Shown here: piece by piece, positions 1-9,654 of the stretch
How the letters are laid out: each line of letters opens with the position of its first letter
Numbering within the stretch: position 1 is the stretch's first letter
Assembly (NCBI GenBank): GCA_041391665.1
Contig: JAWKNO010000003.1
Coordinates: 407,987 to 471,986 of the forward strand
Direction of reading: 5' to 3'
Source of the DNA: Bacteroidia bacterium
GTDB taxonomy: Bacteria; Bacteroidota; Bacteroidia; J057
Length of the DNA: 64,000 nucleotides
Made by a program: the position numbers and the translations under genes
Notes under the pieces: model-generated
The model's input: the letters and a program-made list of their open reading frames with translations, nothing else
Database searches by the model: none
What the model was told of the DNA's origin: nothing

Positions 1-771
1 CCGGCCAACCACGGCCGGTATCGCGAAGACATGCAATACCGCTGCGCTACCCTTGCCAGAATGGGGGCCATCGTATTTGCCTATGACATGATCGGCTATG
101 GGGATTCGGATCAATGTGACCACAAACATCCCAAAGCGCCCAAAATACAGACCTGGAACAGTATACGCGCCATTGATTTTATACTGACACAGGACGGTGT
201 TGATCCCGGGCGAATCGGCATTACCGGTGCTTCCGGCGGCGGAACGCAGGCATTTATCCTTACCGCTTTAGATGACCGTATCGCAGTATCTGCACCGGTT
301 GTGATGGTTTCTGCCCATTTTTTTGGAGGATGTGTCTGCGAAAGCGGAATGCCCATTCACAAAAGCGAACACCACCAGACCTCCAATGTGGAAATAGCCG
401 CCTTAGCCGCCCCCAGACCTTTGCTGTTGGTTTCTGACGGTAAAGACTGGACGAAAAATGTGCCTGAAGTTGAGTATCCTTATATCCGGAATATTTATTC
501 TTACTACAATCAGGAAGGGCGGGTACAATACACCCATTTACCCGACGAAGGACATGACTACGGCCCCAACAAACGGCAGGCTGCCTATCAGTTTCTCGTT
601 CACTACCTCGACCTGATTCCCGGAAGGTGGCAGGCAGAAAAAGGCCTGATTACAGAGGCTGGCATTACCATTTTGCCCAAAGAAGATCTGAAGGTATTTA
701 CAGAGGACTTTCCCAGACCTGCCTATGCAGTTATCGGGAATGAAGCCGTGTCTGCACTTATTGACAGGTAA
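1..771 (+). CDS. alpha/beta hydrolase (dienelactone hydrolase / acetyl-xylan-esterase-like), 5' end cut by window edge
   Basis: Frame 1 is open from base 1, so the ATG at 31 is probably internal. It has a nucleophile elbow TGASGGGT (G-x-S-x-G) and a late EGHDY His typical of the fold. Confidence 0.7.
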   Translation, partial: PANHGRYREDMQYRCATLARMGAIVFAYDMIGYGDSDQCDHKHPKAPKIQTWNSIRAIDFILTQDGVDPGRIGITGASGGGTQAFILTALDDRIAVSAPVVMVSAHFFGGCVCESGMPIHKSEHHQTSNVEIAALAAPRPLLLVSDGKDWTKNVPEVEYPYIRNIYSYYNQEGRVQYTHLPDEGHDYGPNKRQAAYQFLVHYLDLIPGRWQAEKGLITEAGITILPKEDLKVFTEDFPRPAYAVIGNEAVSALIDR

Positions 772-852
772 AAACATTGGGCAAGTGATTTCGATACCTT
801 GTTGTTTCTATTTTTGATTACAAATTGATTACTTTCATCAAAACATCTGATT

Positions 853-2157
853 ATGAGTGACAATATTAACACTACTACCCGCCGCAAGTTTATCTCCTCC
901 ACAGGAAAAGCAGTCGTCGGAAGTACCATCGCCTTAAATGTCGGGCTGGTAAACTCTGCTTTCGCACGAAGCAGCAAAACCCTTAAAGTGGGACTTATAG
1001 GTTGTGGTGGCAGAGGAACGGGCGCTGCCAGCCAGGCACTTTCTGCTGATGAGGATGTCGTTCTCGCCTTTATGGCCGACGTATTCCCTGACAGGATGGA
1101 AAAATCCTATCAGAATCTTCTGGAAGCCCATCCGGACAAAGTAAAAGTAAAAGACAACCACAAATTTTTTGGCTTTGATGCTTACCAGAAGCTGATTGAT
1201 GCCGATGTCGATGTGGTAATTCTCGCTACACCACCTGCTTTCCGTCCCGATCACTTGCTCTATGCTGCGCAGAAGAAAAAACATATTTTCTGCGAAAAAC
1301 CGATGGCAGTGGATATGCCCGGACTGAAAAAAGTATATGAAGCAGCACGCATTGCTAAAGAAAACCAGACCTCCCTGATGTCGGGATTCTGCTGGAGATA
1401 TCATTATCCTAAACGCGCTGCTTTTGGCAAAGTGCAGGAAGGAGCCATTGGCGATGTAACTGCCATCTACAACACCTACTATGCCGATTATCTGTGGTCA
1501 TATCCCCGTGAAACAGGCTGGAGCGATATGGAGTACAAAATGCGCAACTGGATCTACTACAACTGGTTGTCAGGAGATCATATTGCCGAACAGGCGGTAC
1601 ACAGTCTCGATATGATGGTATGGTCTATGGGAAATAAAATGCCGGTAAAAGCCATTGGTACCGGTGGGCGTCAACGCCGGGTAGAAGATATTTATGGAAA
1701 TGTTTTTGACCATTTTGCTGTCGTATATGAATGGGAAAGCGGCGTAAAAGGTTTCCACTTCAGCCGCCAGCAAAAAGATACCCAGAGAAGCTACCATGTA
1801 GAGGTGATGGGTTCTGATGGTCGTCTGAATGTGGATTGTATCCGCCGCAAACATGAAATCATCGGTCACAATGCATGGGCTTACCGCGGTGAGGAAAATG
1901 ATATGTACCAGACCGAACACGACGAACTGTTTGCCGCTATCCGCAAGGGCGAACCTGTCAACGACGGAGAATGGATGGCCAACAGCACCCTGCTCGCGCT
2001 TTGGGGAAGAACCGTTGCCTACACCGGACAGGAAATCACCCTCGAACAAATGATGGCCTCCACGGAGACCCTCGGACCGAAAATCGACGAGTACAACTGG
2101 GATCTGGCATGGAAATCGGCAGATGTAGCTAAACCCGGACTCACCAAGTTCTTCTAA
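853..2157 (+). CDS. Gfo/Idh/MocA family oxidoreductase with Tat-type signal
   Basis: Twin-arginine motif TRRKFISS followed by a hydrophobic stretch. Rossmann motif GLIGCGGRG and the EKP motif (FCEKPMA). Confidence 0.85.
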   Translation: MSDNINTTTRRKFISSTGKAVVGSTIALNVGLVNSAFARSSKTLKVGLIGCGGRGTGAASQALSADEDVVLAFMADVFPDRMEKSYQNLLEAHPDKVKVKDNHKFFGFDAYQKLIDADVDVVILATPPAFRPDHLLYAAQKKKHIFCEKPMAVDMPGLKKVYEAARIAKENQTSLMSGFCWRYHYPKRAAFGKVQEGAIGDVTAIYNTYYADYLWSYPRETGWSDMEYKMRNWIYYNWLSGDHIAEQAVHSLDMMVWSMGNKMPVKAIGTGGRQRRVEDIYGNVFDHFAVVYEWESGVKGFHFSRQQKDTQRSYHVEVMGSDGRLNVDCIRRKHEIIGHNAWAYRGEENDMYQTEHDELFAAIRKGEPVNDGEWMANSTLLALWGRTVAYTGQEITLEQMMASTETLGPKIDEYNWDLAWKSADVAKPGLTKFF

Positions 2158-2160
2158 CGG

Positions 2161-3069
2161 ATGGATCGCAAAACATTTATCAAATATACAGCCGGGGCAG
2201 CAGCAGGAATGTCGCTGATCCCCGGCGCTTTGGCAAATACAGCCCGACTATTTGCCGATGATCAACCGCTGATCAAAAAAAGCCTGAAGTTTGGCATGGT
2301 GGAGGAAAAATTGTCTGTGATGGACAAATTCAAACTCCTCAAAGATTTGGGTTTTCACGGGGTAGAACTAGACAGTCCCAACGATCTGGATCAAAAGGAA
2401 ATCCTCAAAGCCCGCGATAAAACCGGGCTGGAGATTCCGGGAGTGGTCAACTCCATGCACTGGAAAATGCCGCTGGGCGATCCGGACCCAACCGTACGCG
2501 CAAAATGTGTGGACTCGATGAAAACCGCCCTTCGCGACTGCAAATTATATGGCGGCACGACGGTATTGCTGGTTCCGGCGGTGGTGAATGAAAAAGTCTC
2601 TTATGCCGATGCATACCAGCGTTCGCAGGAAGAGATCAGAAAGCTGTTGCCGGTGGCAGAAGAAACAGGGATCAAAATCGCGATCGAAAATGTGTGGAAC
2701 AACTTCCTCATCAGCCCGCTGGAAGCGGCGCGATATATCGACGAATTTGAAAGCCCGATGATCGGATGGTATTTTGATGTAGGCAATATCGTGAGGTATG
2801 GCTGGCCTGAACACTGGATTCAGGCGTTGGGCCACCGGATTATGAAGGTGGACATCAAAGAATACAGCAGGGAAAAACAAAAAAATCAGGGCATCTGGGC
2901 AGGATTTAATGTCGAACTCACCGAAGGCGACTGCAACTGGCCTGCGGTCAACCAGGCACTTCGTGAGGTTGGTTACAAAGGCTGGGGATCAGCCGAAGTA
3001 CCGGGCGGAGACCGCGAAAGACTTCAGCAGATCTCCGAGCTGATGGATAAGATATACGCCAGCGGGTGA
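2161..3069 (+). CDS. sugar phosphate isomerase/epimerase (xylose-isomerase-like TIM barrel), exported
   Basis: Starts 3 nt after the oxidoreductase stop. Has an N-terminal signal (RKTFIK...PGALA), an IAIENV-type metal Glu strand and a typical length. Confidence 0.75.
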   Translation: MDRKTFIKYTAGAAAGMSLIPGALANTARLFADDQPLIKKSLKFGMVEEKLSVMDKFKLLKDLGFHGVELDSPNDLDQKEILKARDKTGLEIPGVVNSMHWKMPLGDPDPTVRAKCVDSMKTALRDCKLYGGTTVLLVPAVVNEKVSYADAYQRSQEEIRKLLPVAEETGIKIAIENVWNNFLISPLEAARYIDEFESPMIGWYFDVGNIVRYGWPEHWIQALGHRIMKVDIKEYSREKQKNQGIWAGFNVELTEGDCNWPAVNQALREVGYKGWGSAEVPGGDRERLQQISELMDKIYASG

Positions 3070-3147
3070 ACGTAACAGGGAGTTTCTGCGCAACTCATAT
3101 GTTTGCAACTTAATGAAACTGGTCTTCGATCTGAGAGGTTAGGGTTC

Positions 3148-3276
3148 ACGCAAAGTCCGCAAAGGAATCGAAAAGTAACGCAAAGGGTATTGTGACTTCC
3201 GCGTGACTTCCAGTCTGCTCTTGCAGATGCGTGGTCCTCTGCGTCCTCTGCGTGGCCTTTGCGGGAATCTGCGTCC
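3148..3276. repeat. inverted arrays of a CGCA(A/G)AGG 8-mer (REP-like element)
   Basis: Forward copies acgcaaagt, ccgcaaagg and acgcaaagg lie at 3148-3187. Reverse-complement copies (cctctgcgt x2, cctttgcgg, atctgcgt) lie at 3228-3276. Direct gtgacttcc x2 sits between them. Confidence 0.6.
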
Positions 3277-3390
3277 CCCACATAATAAGGCTTGTCATAG
3301 ACAAGAAAAATAAAGGGCAAACGCAGAGTGGAGTTTCACATCTGCAAGGGCAGACAGGAAGAAAGCGAAAAGACCTTTTTCAGTTCAACC

Positions 3391-3422
3391 CATTAACAAT
3401 TAACCATTAACAATTAACCATT
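3391..3422. repeat. tandem heptamer array (C/A)ATTAAC x4.5
   Basis: Reads cattaac aattaac cattaac aattaac catt directly from the sequence, 50 nt upstream of pyrR. Confidence 0.8.
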
Positions 3423-3474
3423 TTCCTCCCCTTCACTTGCCCCTGACAGAGATTCTTTGCAATTTCGCAGGTGA

Positions 3475-4017
3475 ATGAAATCAAAGGATAAACTAGACCT
3501 TTTCCCCAGTGGAAAGTTGCAGGTTACGCTGCTGCGCCTGTGCCATCAGCTAATCGAAAATTACGGAGATTTTGATCAGACCGTCATTCTCGGCGCACAG
3601 CCCAGAGGGGTGTATTTGTCCCGGCGAATGCAGCAGATTTTGACAGAGCTGATGCCTGAGGTAAAAATTCCTTACGGCGAACTGGATGTAACATTCTTCC
3701 GGGATGACTTTCGCACCCGGGAAAATCCCCTGCAGCCCAATCGCACCCGTATCGACTTCCTGATTGAAAAAAAACGGGTGATCCTGATCGATGATGTGCT
3801 CTTTACCGGTCGCACAGTACGCGCTGCCATGGATGCCATGCTCGCTTATGGAAGACCGCTTTCGGTAGAACTGCTGGTGTTGGTAGATCGAAAACATGCC
3901 CGCGACCTACCGATTGAACCTTCGTACACAGGAATTAAAGTGGATACCATCGATACCCAGCGGGTGCTGGTTGAGTTGAAAGAAAGTGGAGGGGACGACG
4001 AAGTTTTTCTTATTTGA
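3475..4017 (+). CDS. pyrR: bifunctional pyr operon regulator / uracil phosphoribosyltransferase PyrR
   Basis: PRPP-binding loop VILIDDVLFTGRTVRAA, 180 aa, immediately upstream of pyrB. Confidence 0.85.
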   Translation: MKSKDKLDLFPSGKLQVTLLRLCHQLIENYGDFDQTVILGAQPRGVYLSRRMQQILTELMPEVKIPYGELDVTFFRDDFRTRENPLQPNRTRIDFLIEKKRVILIDDVLFTGRTVRAAMDAMLAYGRPLSVELLVLVDRKHARDLPIEPSYTGIKVDTIDTQRVLVELKESGGDDEVFLI

Positions 4018-4049
4018 CAATTCAGTAAAGACTAAATAACATCTACGGA

Positions 4050-4970
4050 ATGGCCCTCAGCACCCGGCATTTAATCGGCATCAAGTATATCACCAGGGAA
4101 GATATGGAACAAATCTTCCAGACGGCAGATAATTTTAAGGAGGTGATCAACCGGCCGATCAAAAAAGTTCCCTCACTCAGGGATACGACGATTGCCAATC
4201 TTTTTTTTGAAAACTCCACCCGTACCCGTATTTCCTTCGAATTAGCCGAAAAAAGGCTTTCAGCCGATATTATTAATTTTTCGGCATCATCCAGTAGTGT
4301 GAAAAAAGGAGAAACGCTACTCGATACCGTCAATAATATCCTCGCCATGAAGGTGGATATGATCGTCATGCGCCACCCCTTACCCGGTGCCCCGGTTTTT
4401 CTCAGTAAACATATTCCGGCACAGATTATTAATGCCGGTGATGGCACCCACGAACATCCCACCCAGGCGCTGCTTGACTGCTTTTCGCTCAGGGAAAAAT
4501 TTGGCGAATTCAAAGGACTGCGTGTAGCTATTGTAGGAGATATCACCCACAGCCGCGTGGCACTCTCAAATATATTCGCACTGAAAAAACTCGGAGCGGA
4601 AGTAACTGTCTGCGGACCACCGACCCTCATTCCCCGCCATATCGAAAGCCTTGGGGTAAAAGTCAGCTATGATCTGCGCGCCACACTCGAATGGTGTGAT
4701 GCAGCCAATATGCTTCGCATTCAGCTGGAACGGCAGGACATCAAATATTTTCCCAGCCTGAGAGAATATTCACTTCAATATCAGCTGAATATGCCGCTGC
4801 TGGAAAGTATCGGCAAAAAACTCGTCATCATGCACCCCGGACCGATCAACCGCGGAGTGGAAATCACAAGCGAAGTCGCCGATTCTGACCAGGCTATTAT
4901 TCTCGAACAAGTTCAAAATGGTGTGGCCGTTCGCATGGCTGTGCTCTATCTTCTTGCCGATGTCCGATAA
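4050..4970 (+). CDS. pyrB: aspartate carbamoyltransferase catalytic subunit
   Basis: Carbamoyl-phosphate motif NSTRTR, HPTQ motif (THEHPTQALLD) and HPGP near the C-terminus. Confidence 0.92.
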   Translation: MALSTRHLIGIKYITREDMEQIFQTADNFKEVINRPIKKVPSLRDTTIANLFFENSTRTRISFELAEKRLSADIINFSASSSSVKKGETLLDTVNNILAMKVDMIVMRHPLPGAPVFLSKHIPAQIINAGDGTHEHPTQALLDCFSLREKFGEFKGLRVAIVGDITHSRVALSNIFALKKLGAEVTVCGPPTLIPRHIESLGVKVSYDLRATLEWCDAANMLRIQLERQDIKYFPSLREYSLQYQLNMPLLESIGKKLVIMHPGPINRGVEITSEVADSDQAIILEQVQNGVAVRMAVLYLLADVR

Positions 4971-5012
4971 TTGCATACAACCTCCCCTCCCCAAAAAGCC
5001 ACATTCATCAGT

Positions 5013-5045
5013 AATTAACAATTAACCATTGACCATTAACCATTG
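5013..5045. repeat. second tandem heptamer array (C/A)ATT(A/G)AC x4.5
   Basis: Reads aattaac aattaac cattgac cattaac cattg. Overlaps the TTG start proposed for the next gene. Confidence 0.8.
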
Positions 5046-6551
5046 AAAAGAATAGACTGGCTTACATTTCGCTCGCTGGTAGGGCCTTTTATCATGAGTT
5101 TTGCGATCATCCTCTTTATCCTGGTGATCCAGTTTATGTCGCTGTACATGAACGAAATTTTTGGTAAAGGGCTGGGGGGAGAAATATTGCTCAAACTATT
5201 TTACTATGCAGGTGGACGGCTGGCAATTACCGCTATGCCTGTGGCGATTCTGGCAGCTGCCCTGATGACATTTGGAAGCATGGGCGAAAATAATGAACTG
5301 GCAGCCATGAAATCCTGCGGGATCAGTCTGCTTAAGATTATGCGGGCTTCGGTGGTATTTGCTATGTTGCTTACAGGAATCTCACTATGGTTTTCCCTCG
5401 ATACCGTACCCCGCGCCAACCTCAAGTTTTTTAGTCTCCTTTATGATGTACAGCGCAAAAAGCCAAACGTTGCGATCCAGCCCGGATACTTTTACTCAGA
5501 TATTGATGGCTATGTCATCCGCTGTTCCGACAAAAACAATGAGACAGGCACCCTGTATGATGTGCTGATCTATAACCATTCCGCCAACCGGGGCAATGTG
5601 GATGTCATTATTGCCGACTCGGCTATTTCAGGAATGGATGGCAATGTGATGAAGATGGTGCTTTATAAAGGAAGCCGCCATGAAGAATATAAAAACGAGT
5701 CAGGAGAACCCGAATCCTACCCATTGGGGCGAACTTATTTTGATTCACTCTATTACCGGTTTGACCTTTCAGGCTTTGATCTCGACAGAACGGATGAAAG
5801 CCAGTTTCGCCACCAGATCACCCTCCCCTACCGTCAACTCGTATCTGCATTAGACAGCCTTGTGGAAATTGACGAGTCTTATACAAAAAAATCATTCGAA
5901 CAAATTGCCCGCTACAATTTTGTAGATACAGCCTTTCAGGAATACTACCGCGACACCACCCATGAAATCAAATACCAGATTACCGAGTCTATGAGCCTGG
6001 AGCCTGGCGAGGACATGGCATTTTGTTTTCCCCAAAATACCCCCAGCGACCTGTACAACCGCGCATTGGTAAGTATGCGGGCCGTCAAAAGTTATACAGA
6101 GTTTATGGTCAAAAAGAAAGAAGATCAGGATAAAATTGACCGCAACTATAACTACGAATTTCACCTTAGATATGCGCTCCCTTTTAACGGACTGCTGTTT
6201 ATGTTTATCGGCATTGCGTTGGGAGCCATTATCCGGAAAGGAGGTCTGGGTTTTCCTTCGCTGATCTCCATCACGCTTTTTATGATCTTCTATATTCTGA
6301 CAACCTACGGCAAAAAATTTGCAAAAGAGGGCGTACTTGAGCCCTGGGCAGGTGCCTGGTTGTCTGTACTCATTTTTACGCCAGTTGCCATTTACTTTAC
6401 TTATCAGGCGACCACAGACTCCAAATTGCTGGATGAAAGTCTGCGAATGAGAATCCGCGACCAGATTCAGCATCTTTGGTACAGACTCCGCCAGAGTGTA
6501 AATAATTTTCGAAGATCTTCTACCCTGAAACCACCGCATACCGACGACTGA
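5043..6551 (+). CDS. LptF/LptG (YjgP/YjgQ) family permease
   Basis: Three N-terminal TM helices, a large soluble loop and three C-terminal TM helices. The TTG start comes from the ORF track and is uncertain. Confidence 0.7.
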   Translation: MKRIDWLTFRSLVGPFIMSFAIILFILVIQFMSLYMNEIFGKGLGGEILLKLFYYAGGRLAITAMPVAILAAALMTFGSMGENNELAAMKSCGISLLKIMRASVVFAMLLTGISLWFSLDTVPRANLKFFSLLYDVQRKKPNVAIQPGYFYSDIDGYVIRCSDKNNETGTLYDVLIYNHSANRGNVDVIIADSAISGMDGNVMKMVLYKGSRHEEYKNESGEPESYPLGRTYFDSLYYRFDLSGFDLDRTDESQFRHQITLPYRQLVSALDSLVEIDESYTKKSFEQIARYNFVDTAFQEYYRDTTHEIKYQITESMSLEPGEDMAFCFPQNTPSDLYNRALVSMRAVKSYTEFMVKKKEDQDKIDRNYNYEFHLRYALPFNGLLFMFIGIALGAIIRKGGLGFPSLISITLFMIFYILTTYGKKFAKEGVLEPWAGAWLSVLIFTPVAIYFTYQATTDSKLLDESLRMRIRDQIQHLWYRLRQSVNNFRRSSTLKPPHTDD

Positions 6552-6568
6552 GGATCAAAATTTGATGA

Positions 6569-7609
6569 TTGAAACTTTCTGCGGTACAAATTTTACGGGA
6601 ATTTTGCTTATTGCATGCTGTGAAAGTAGCTTTTCCTGAATATTGGATATGGATGCTCGGTCTGCCAGTAACCCTGGGGATCATATACCTTGTGTACCGA
6701 AGGGTAGCTTATATTACCGAGACCTGGTTTAGTACCGAACAGTACGAACGGTCTTTCCCATTGCTGAAACTGGGGATGAGAATGGGCGGTTTTATCCTCC
6801 TTTTTATTGCGCTACTGGGGCCATACACCCATGATGCGGATTCAACGGGAAGTTTTCTCGGAAGGGAAATTTTTATTGTCATGGATGTATCCGCCAGCAT
6901 GAATGCAGAAGATATCAAGCCATCAAGACTTTCATTTGCCAAACGGGAGTTGAAAGAACTGGTAGACCACCTTGAAGGCGATAAGGTAGGACTAATCTTA
7001 TTTGCAGAGTATGCATACGTCCAATGCCCGCTTACACTTGACCGCAGAGCCGTCAATCTTTTTCTGGATATGGCCGAATCCGGTCAGTTTGCCCAAACCG
7101 GGACACAGTTTCGCTCTGCACTGGCAGTAGCGATGGACCGGTTTCAAAATGGTTCCGACCAAAAAGGCAACAAAACCCAGGCGGTTATTCTCGTATCTGA
7201 CGGAGAAGACTTTGGCGACAATTATGTATCGTTGATTGAAAGACTTAAGCAGGCAGGCATTGTTGTCTATACGGTAGGCATTGGCACTTATGAAGGAGCG
7301 CCCGTTCCCAATATGGTGGAAAACAGGAAAGCAGGTTATAAAAGGTATGAAGACGGTGCACTGGCCATTTCGAGATTGGTGGACAACGGTCTGGCTGGCA
7401 TTGCCGAATCATTTGGAACAGATTATGTAAAGATCAACGAACTGGGAAAAGATTTTTATCCACTCGAAAAACAGATAAAAACATTGAGTTCCTCCCCATT
7501 TTTGGCCAATATGAATAAAATACAAAACAATCAGTACCAGGCATTTCTATTTCTGGCGATGCTGCTGCTGATGGGAAGTATGTTTATTATGCCGATTCGA
7601 AAAATATGA
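6569..7609 (+). CDS. VWA domain membrane protein (BatB-like)
   Basis: N-terminal TM pair, MIDAS-type DVSASM plus the ILVSDGED motif, and a C-terminal TM helix. Confidence 0.75.
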   Translation: MKLSAVQILREFCLLHAVKVAFPEYWIWMLGLPVTLGIIYLVYRRVAYITETWFSTEQYERSFPLLKLGMRMGGFILLFIALLGPYTHDADSTGSFLGREIFIVMDVSASMNAEDIKPSRLSFAKRELKELVDHLEGDKVGLILFAEYAYVQCPLTLDRRAVNLFLDMAESGQFAQTGTQFRSALAVAMDRFQNGSDQKGNKTQAVILVSDGEDFGDNYVSLIERLKQAGIVVYTVGIGTYEGAPVPNMVENRKAGYKRYEDGALAISRLVDNGLAGIAESFGTDYVKINELGKDFYPLEKQIKTLSSSPFLANMNKIQNNQYQAFLFLAMLLLMGSMFIMPIRKI

Positions 7610-8340
7610 TGCAAGTACTCTTATATGTAATACTGCTCGCCGGTAATATTAGTGGAAAGGAAAAAAGCCTTTCCCTGGCTGCTGAGGCATTTCACAGCGG
7701 CGATTATCATACCAGCATTTTACATTATGGAGACGCGCTCAAAGCCTATCCGGCACAGGCAGCCAGTATCCACTACAATATCGGGCAGTGTTATCTGGCG
7801 CTCGATTCCACCGAGCGAGCGCTTCAGTTTTTTCATCTGGTACTGGACCGAAACGCCAATGACGTTGCCGCTATGGCGTCCAATGAGATTGGCCTGCTGC
7901 TGATTCGCCGCCAGCGGCCCAAAGAGGCGCTCGAAGCATTCCGGGAAGCGTTGATCTTCGATCCTGAAAACGAAACGGCCCGTTACAATTACGAATTGCT
8001 GCGCAAACGGATGCAAGGCGATAATCCGCCGCAACAACCGCCACCGCCGCGCCCGCCCTCATCCAATGATGAGGAAGATGCGCCTGCCGAAGAGGAAGAT
8101 ACCGCTCCGGATGATAATATCCCCGAAGACTACCGCAGCATGATCCAGCAAATCATTCAACGCCAGCGGCAGTCCAATTCTACCAATGACTTTGCCAGAC
8201 CCGTAGGTGCGGATACGATCTCTTTGTTTCAGGCCCGGCGAATTCTTGAATCTATGCGGCAAAACGAAATCCAGTACCTGCAACAATTGCGAAAATCAGC
8301 TGCCGCCCCGCACAAAAATGATAAAAGTCCTGACTGGTAA
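7606..8340 (+). CDS. TPR protein with Pro/acidic linker (BatC-like)
   Basis: 4-nt ATGA overlap with the upstream VWA gene. TPR-like helices and a PPQQPPPPRPPSS linker. Confidence 0.6.
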   Translation: MMQVLLYVILLAGNISGKEKSLSLAAEAFHSGDYHTSILHYGDALKAYPAQAASIHYNIGQCYLALDSTERALQFFHLVLDRNANDVAAMASNEIGLLLIRRQRPKEALEAFREALIFDPENETARYNYELLRKRMQGDNPPQQPPPPRPPSSNDEEDAPAEEEDTAPDDNIPEDYRSMIQQIIQRQRQSNSTNDFARPVGADTISLFQARRILESMRQNEIQYLQQLRKSAAAPHKNDKSPDW

Positions 8341-8356
8341 CCCCTGGTTTACCTGA

Positions 8357-9511
8357 CTATATTTTTTGCAATTTCTCAGCTGCCTTTTGAAGGGTCTCAT
8401 CTTCTTTGGCAAAACAGAACCTCACCACCTGGTTTTCTGATCCATGCCGGTAAAATACTGATACGGGAATACAGGCAACGCCATATTCTGTCGTGAGTCG
8501 CTTCGAAAATGCCAACTCTGTTTCATCCGAAATCGCCGCATAACTCATCAGCTGAAAGTAAGTCCCGCTCGAAGGAATGGGCCGGAAACGAGATCCTTCC
8601 ATCAATTTCAAAAACAAATCCCGCTTTTGCTGATAAAATGCACTGATACCCTGTATTTTATCCCGATGATTTTGCAGATACCAGGCAATGCCCTGCTGAA
8701 ATGGCGTACTGGTAGAAAAACCTACAAACTGATGTACTTTCCGCAGCTCTGCCGTAAGTTGAGGCGGCGCCAGGCAGTACCCTACCTTCCAGCCGGTAGT
8801 GTGAAGACTTTTACCAAAAGAAGAAACGATAAAACTCCGGCCAACAAGTTCGGGATAACAGGCAATGCTCTGATGAACCTTCCCATCAAAAATAATATGC
8901 TCGTACACCTCATCGCTAATAATAAATAGACCCGTATCACGCACGATGGCAGCAAGCTCGGACAAATCCGATGCTTCCAGAATGGTTCCGGTAGGATTAT
9001 GGGGGGTATTGATGAGAATCGCCCGGGTATTGGGATTGATAAGTTTTTTCAGATGTGCCCAGTTGATCCGGTAATCAGGAGGATTCAAAGCGTACCGAAC
9101 CGGAATTCCGCCAGCAAGCTCGATAGCCGGCAGATAGAGGTCATAGGCAGGCTCCAGCACGATTACCTCATCCCCATCCCTGACGATTGCAGTAATGGCA
9201 CAATACAAAGCTTCAGAAGCCCCGGAGGTCACCGTTATTTCTGTAGCAGGATCATAGGAATATCCGTACATTGCCTTTACTAATTGCGAAATTTCTTCAC
9301 ACAAGGTAGGGAGTCCGGGCATTGGCGCATATTGGTTGAAGCCATCACGCATGGCACGGGCGACATACTCCGTGAGTTGAGGGTCGCAGGGAAAGTCAGG
9401 AAAGCCCTGAGAGAGATTTATGGCCTTATTTTGCCGGGCGAGCGCAGACATAACAGAAAAAATCGTTGTGCCAACCCAGGGGAGTTTAGAAGAGATAGCG
9501 GGAGAAATCAT
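8357..9511 (-). CDS. PLP-dependent (methionine-type, YbdL-like) aminotransferase
   Basis: Class I/II aminotransferase layout. The PLP lysine context is SSFGKSLHTTGWKVGY. Confidence 0.85.
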   Translation of the reverse strand: MISPAISSKLPWVGTTIFSVMSALARQNKAINLSQGFPDFPCDPQLTEYVARAMRDGFNQYAPMPGLPTLCEEISQLVKAMYGYSYDPATEITVTSGASEALYCAITAIVRDGDEVIVLEPAYDLYLPAIELAGGIPVRYALNPPDYRINWAHLKKLINPNTRAILINTPHNPTGTILEASDLSELAAIVRDTGLFIISDEVYEHIIFDGKVHQSIACYPELVGRSFIVSSFGKSLHTTGWKVGYCLAPPQLTAELRKVHQFVGFSTSTPFQQGIAWYLQNHRDKIQGISAFYQQKRDLFLKLMEGSRFRPIPSSGTYFQLMSYAAISDETELAFSKRLTTEYGVACIPVSVFYRHGSENQVVRFCFAKEDETLQKAAEKLQKI

Positions 9512-9618
9512 CGGGGAAATTATGACAGAATATCAAATAAAATCAAATTGAATTGTGTCATTCATTTGAAATTAATCAAAAAAAACCTTACGAGTTACCT
9601 GAAAGTTTATTTTTTTTA

Positions 9619-9626
9619 TAGTTTTG
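9619..9626 (+). promoter_or_regulatory. candidate Bacteroidota -7 box TAGTTTTG
   Basis: Matches TAnnTTTG 29 nt upstream of the ATG at 9655. Motif match only. Confidence 0.3.
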
Positions 9627-9654
9627 TAGAAACCCAACTTCAAATAGCTACTGT

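Noticed and set aside
3128-3140. gatctgagaggtt resembles the PyrR RNA-binding loop consensus (UCCAGAGAGGYU)
   Set aside because: It is one nucleotide short of the consensus. I could fold no flanking anti-antiterminator/terminator pair. It sits about 335 nt upstream of pyrR, right after the previous gene. An Infernal scan with the PyrR model would settle it.
3024-3320. 98-aa minus-strand ORF in the pyrR upstream spacer
   Set aside because: Its sequence (..LCVTFRFLCGLCV.., AEDAEDHASARAD) is simply the translation of the CGCARAGG repeat arrays. It is treated as a repeat, not a gene.
6569-8340. A complete Bat (Bacteroides aerotolerance) operon
   Set aside because: Only a VWA (BatB-like) and a TPR (BatC-like) gene are present. 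No MoxR ATPase, DUF58, BatA, BatD or BatE is adjacent, so only the two genes are called.
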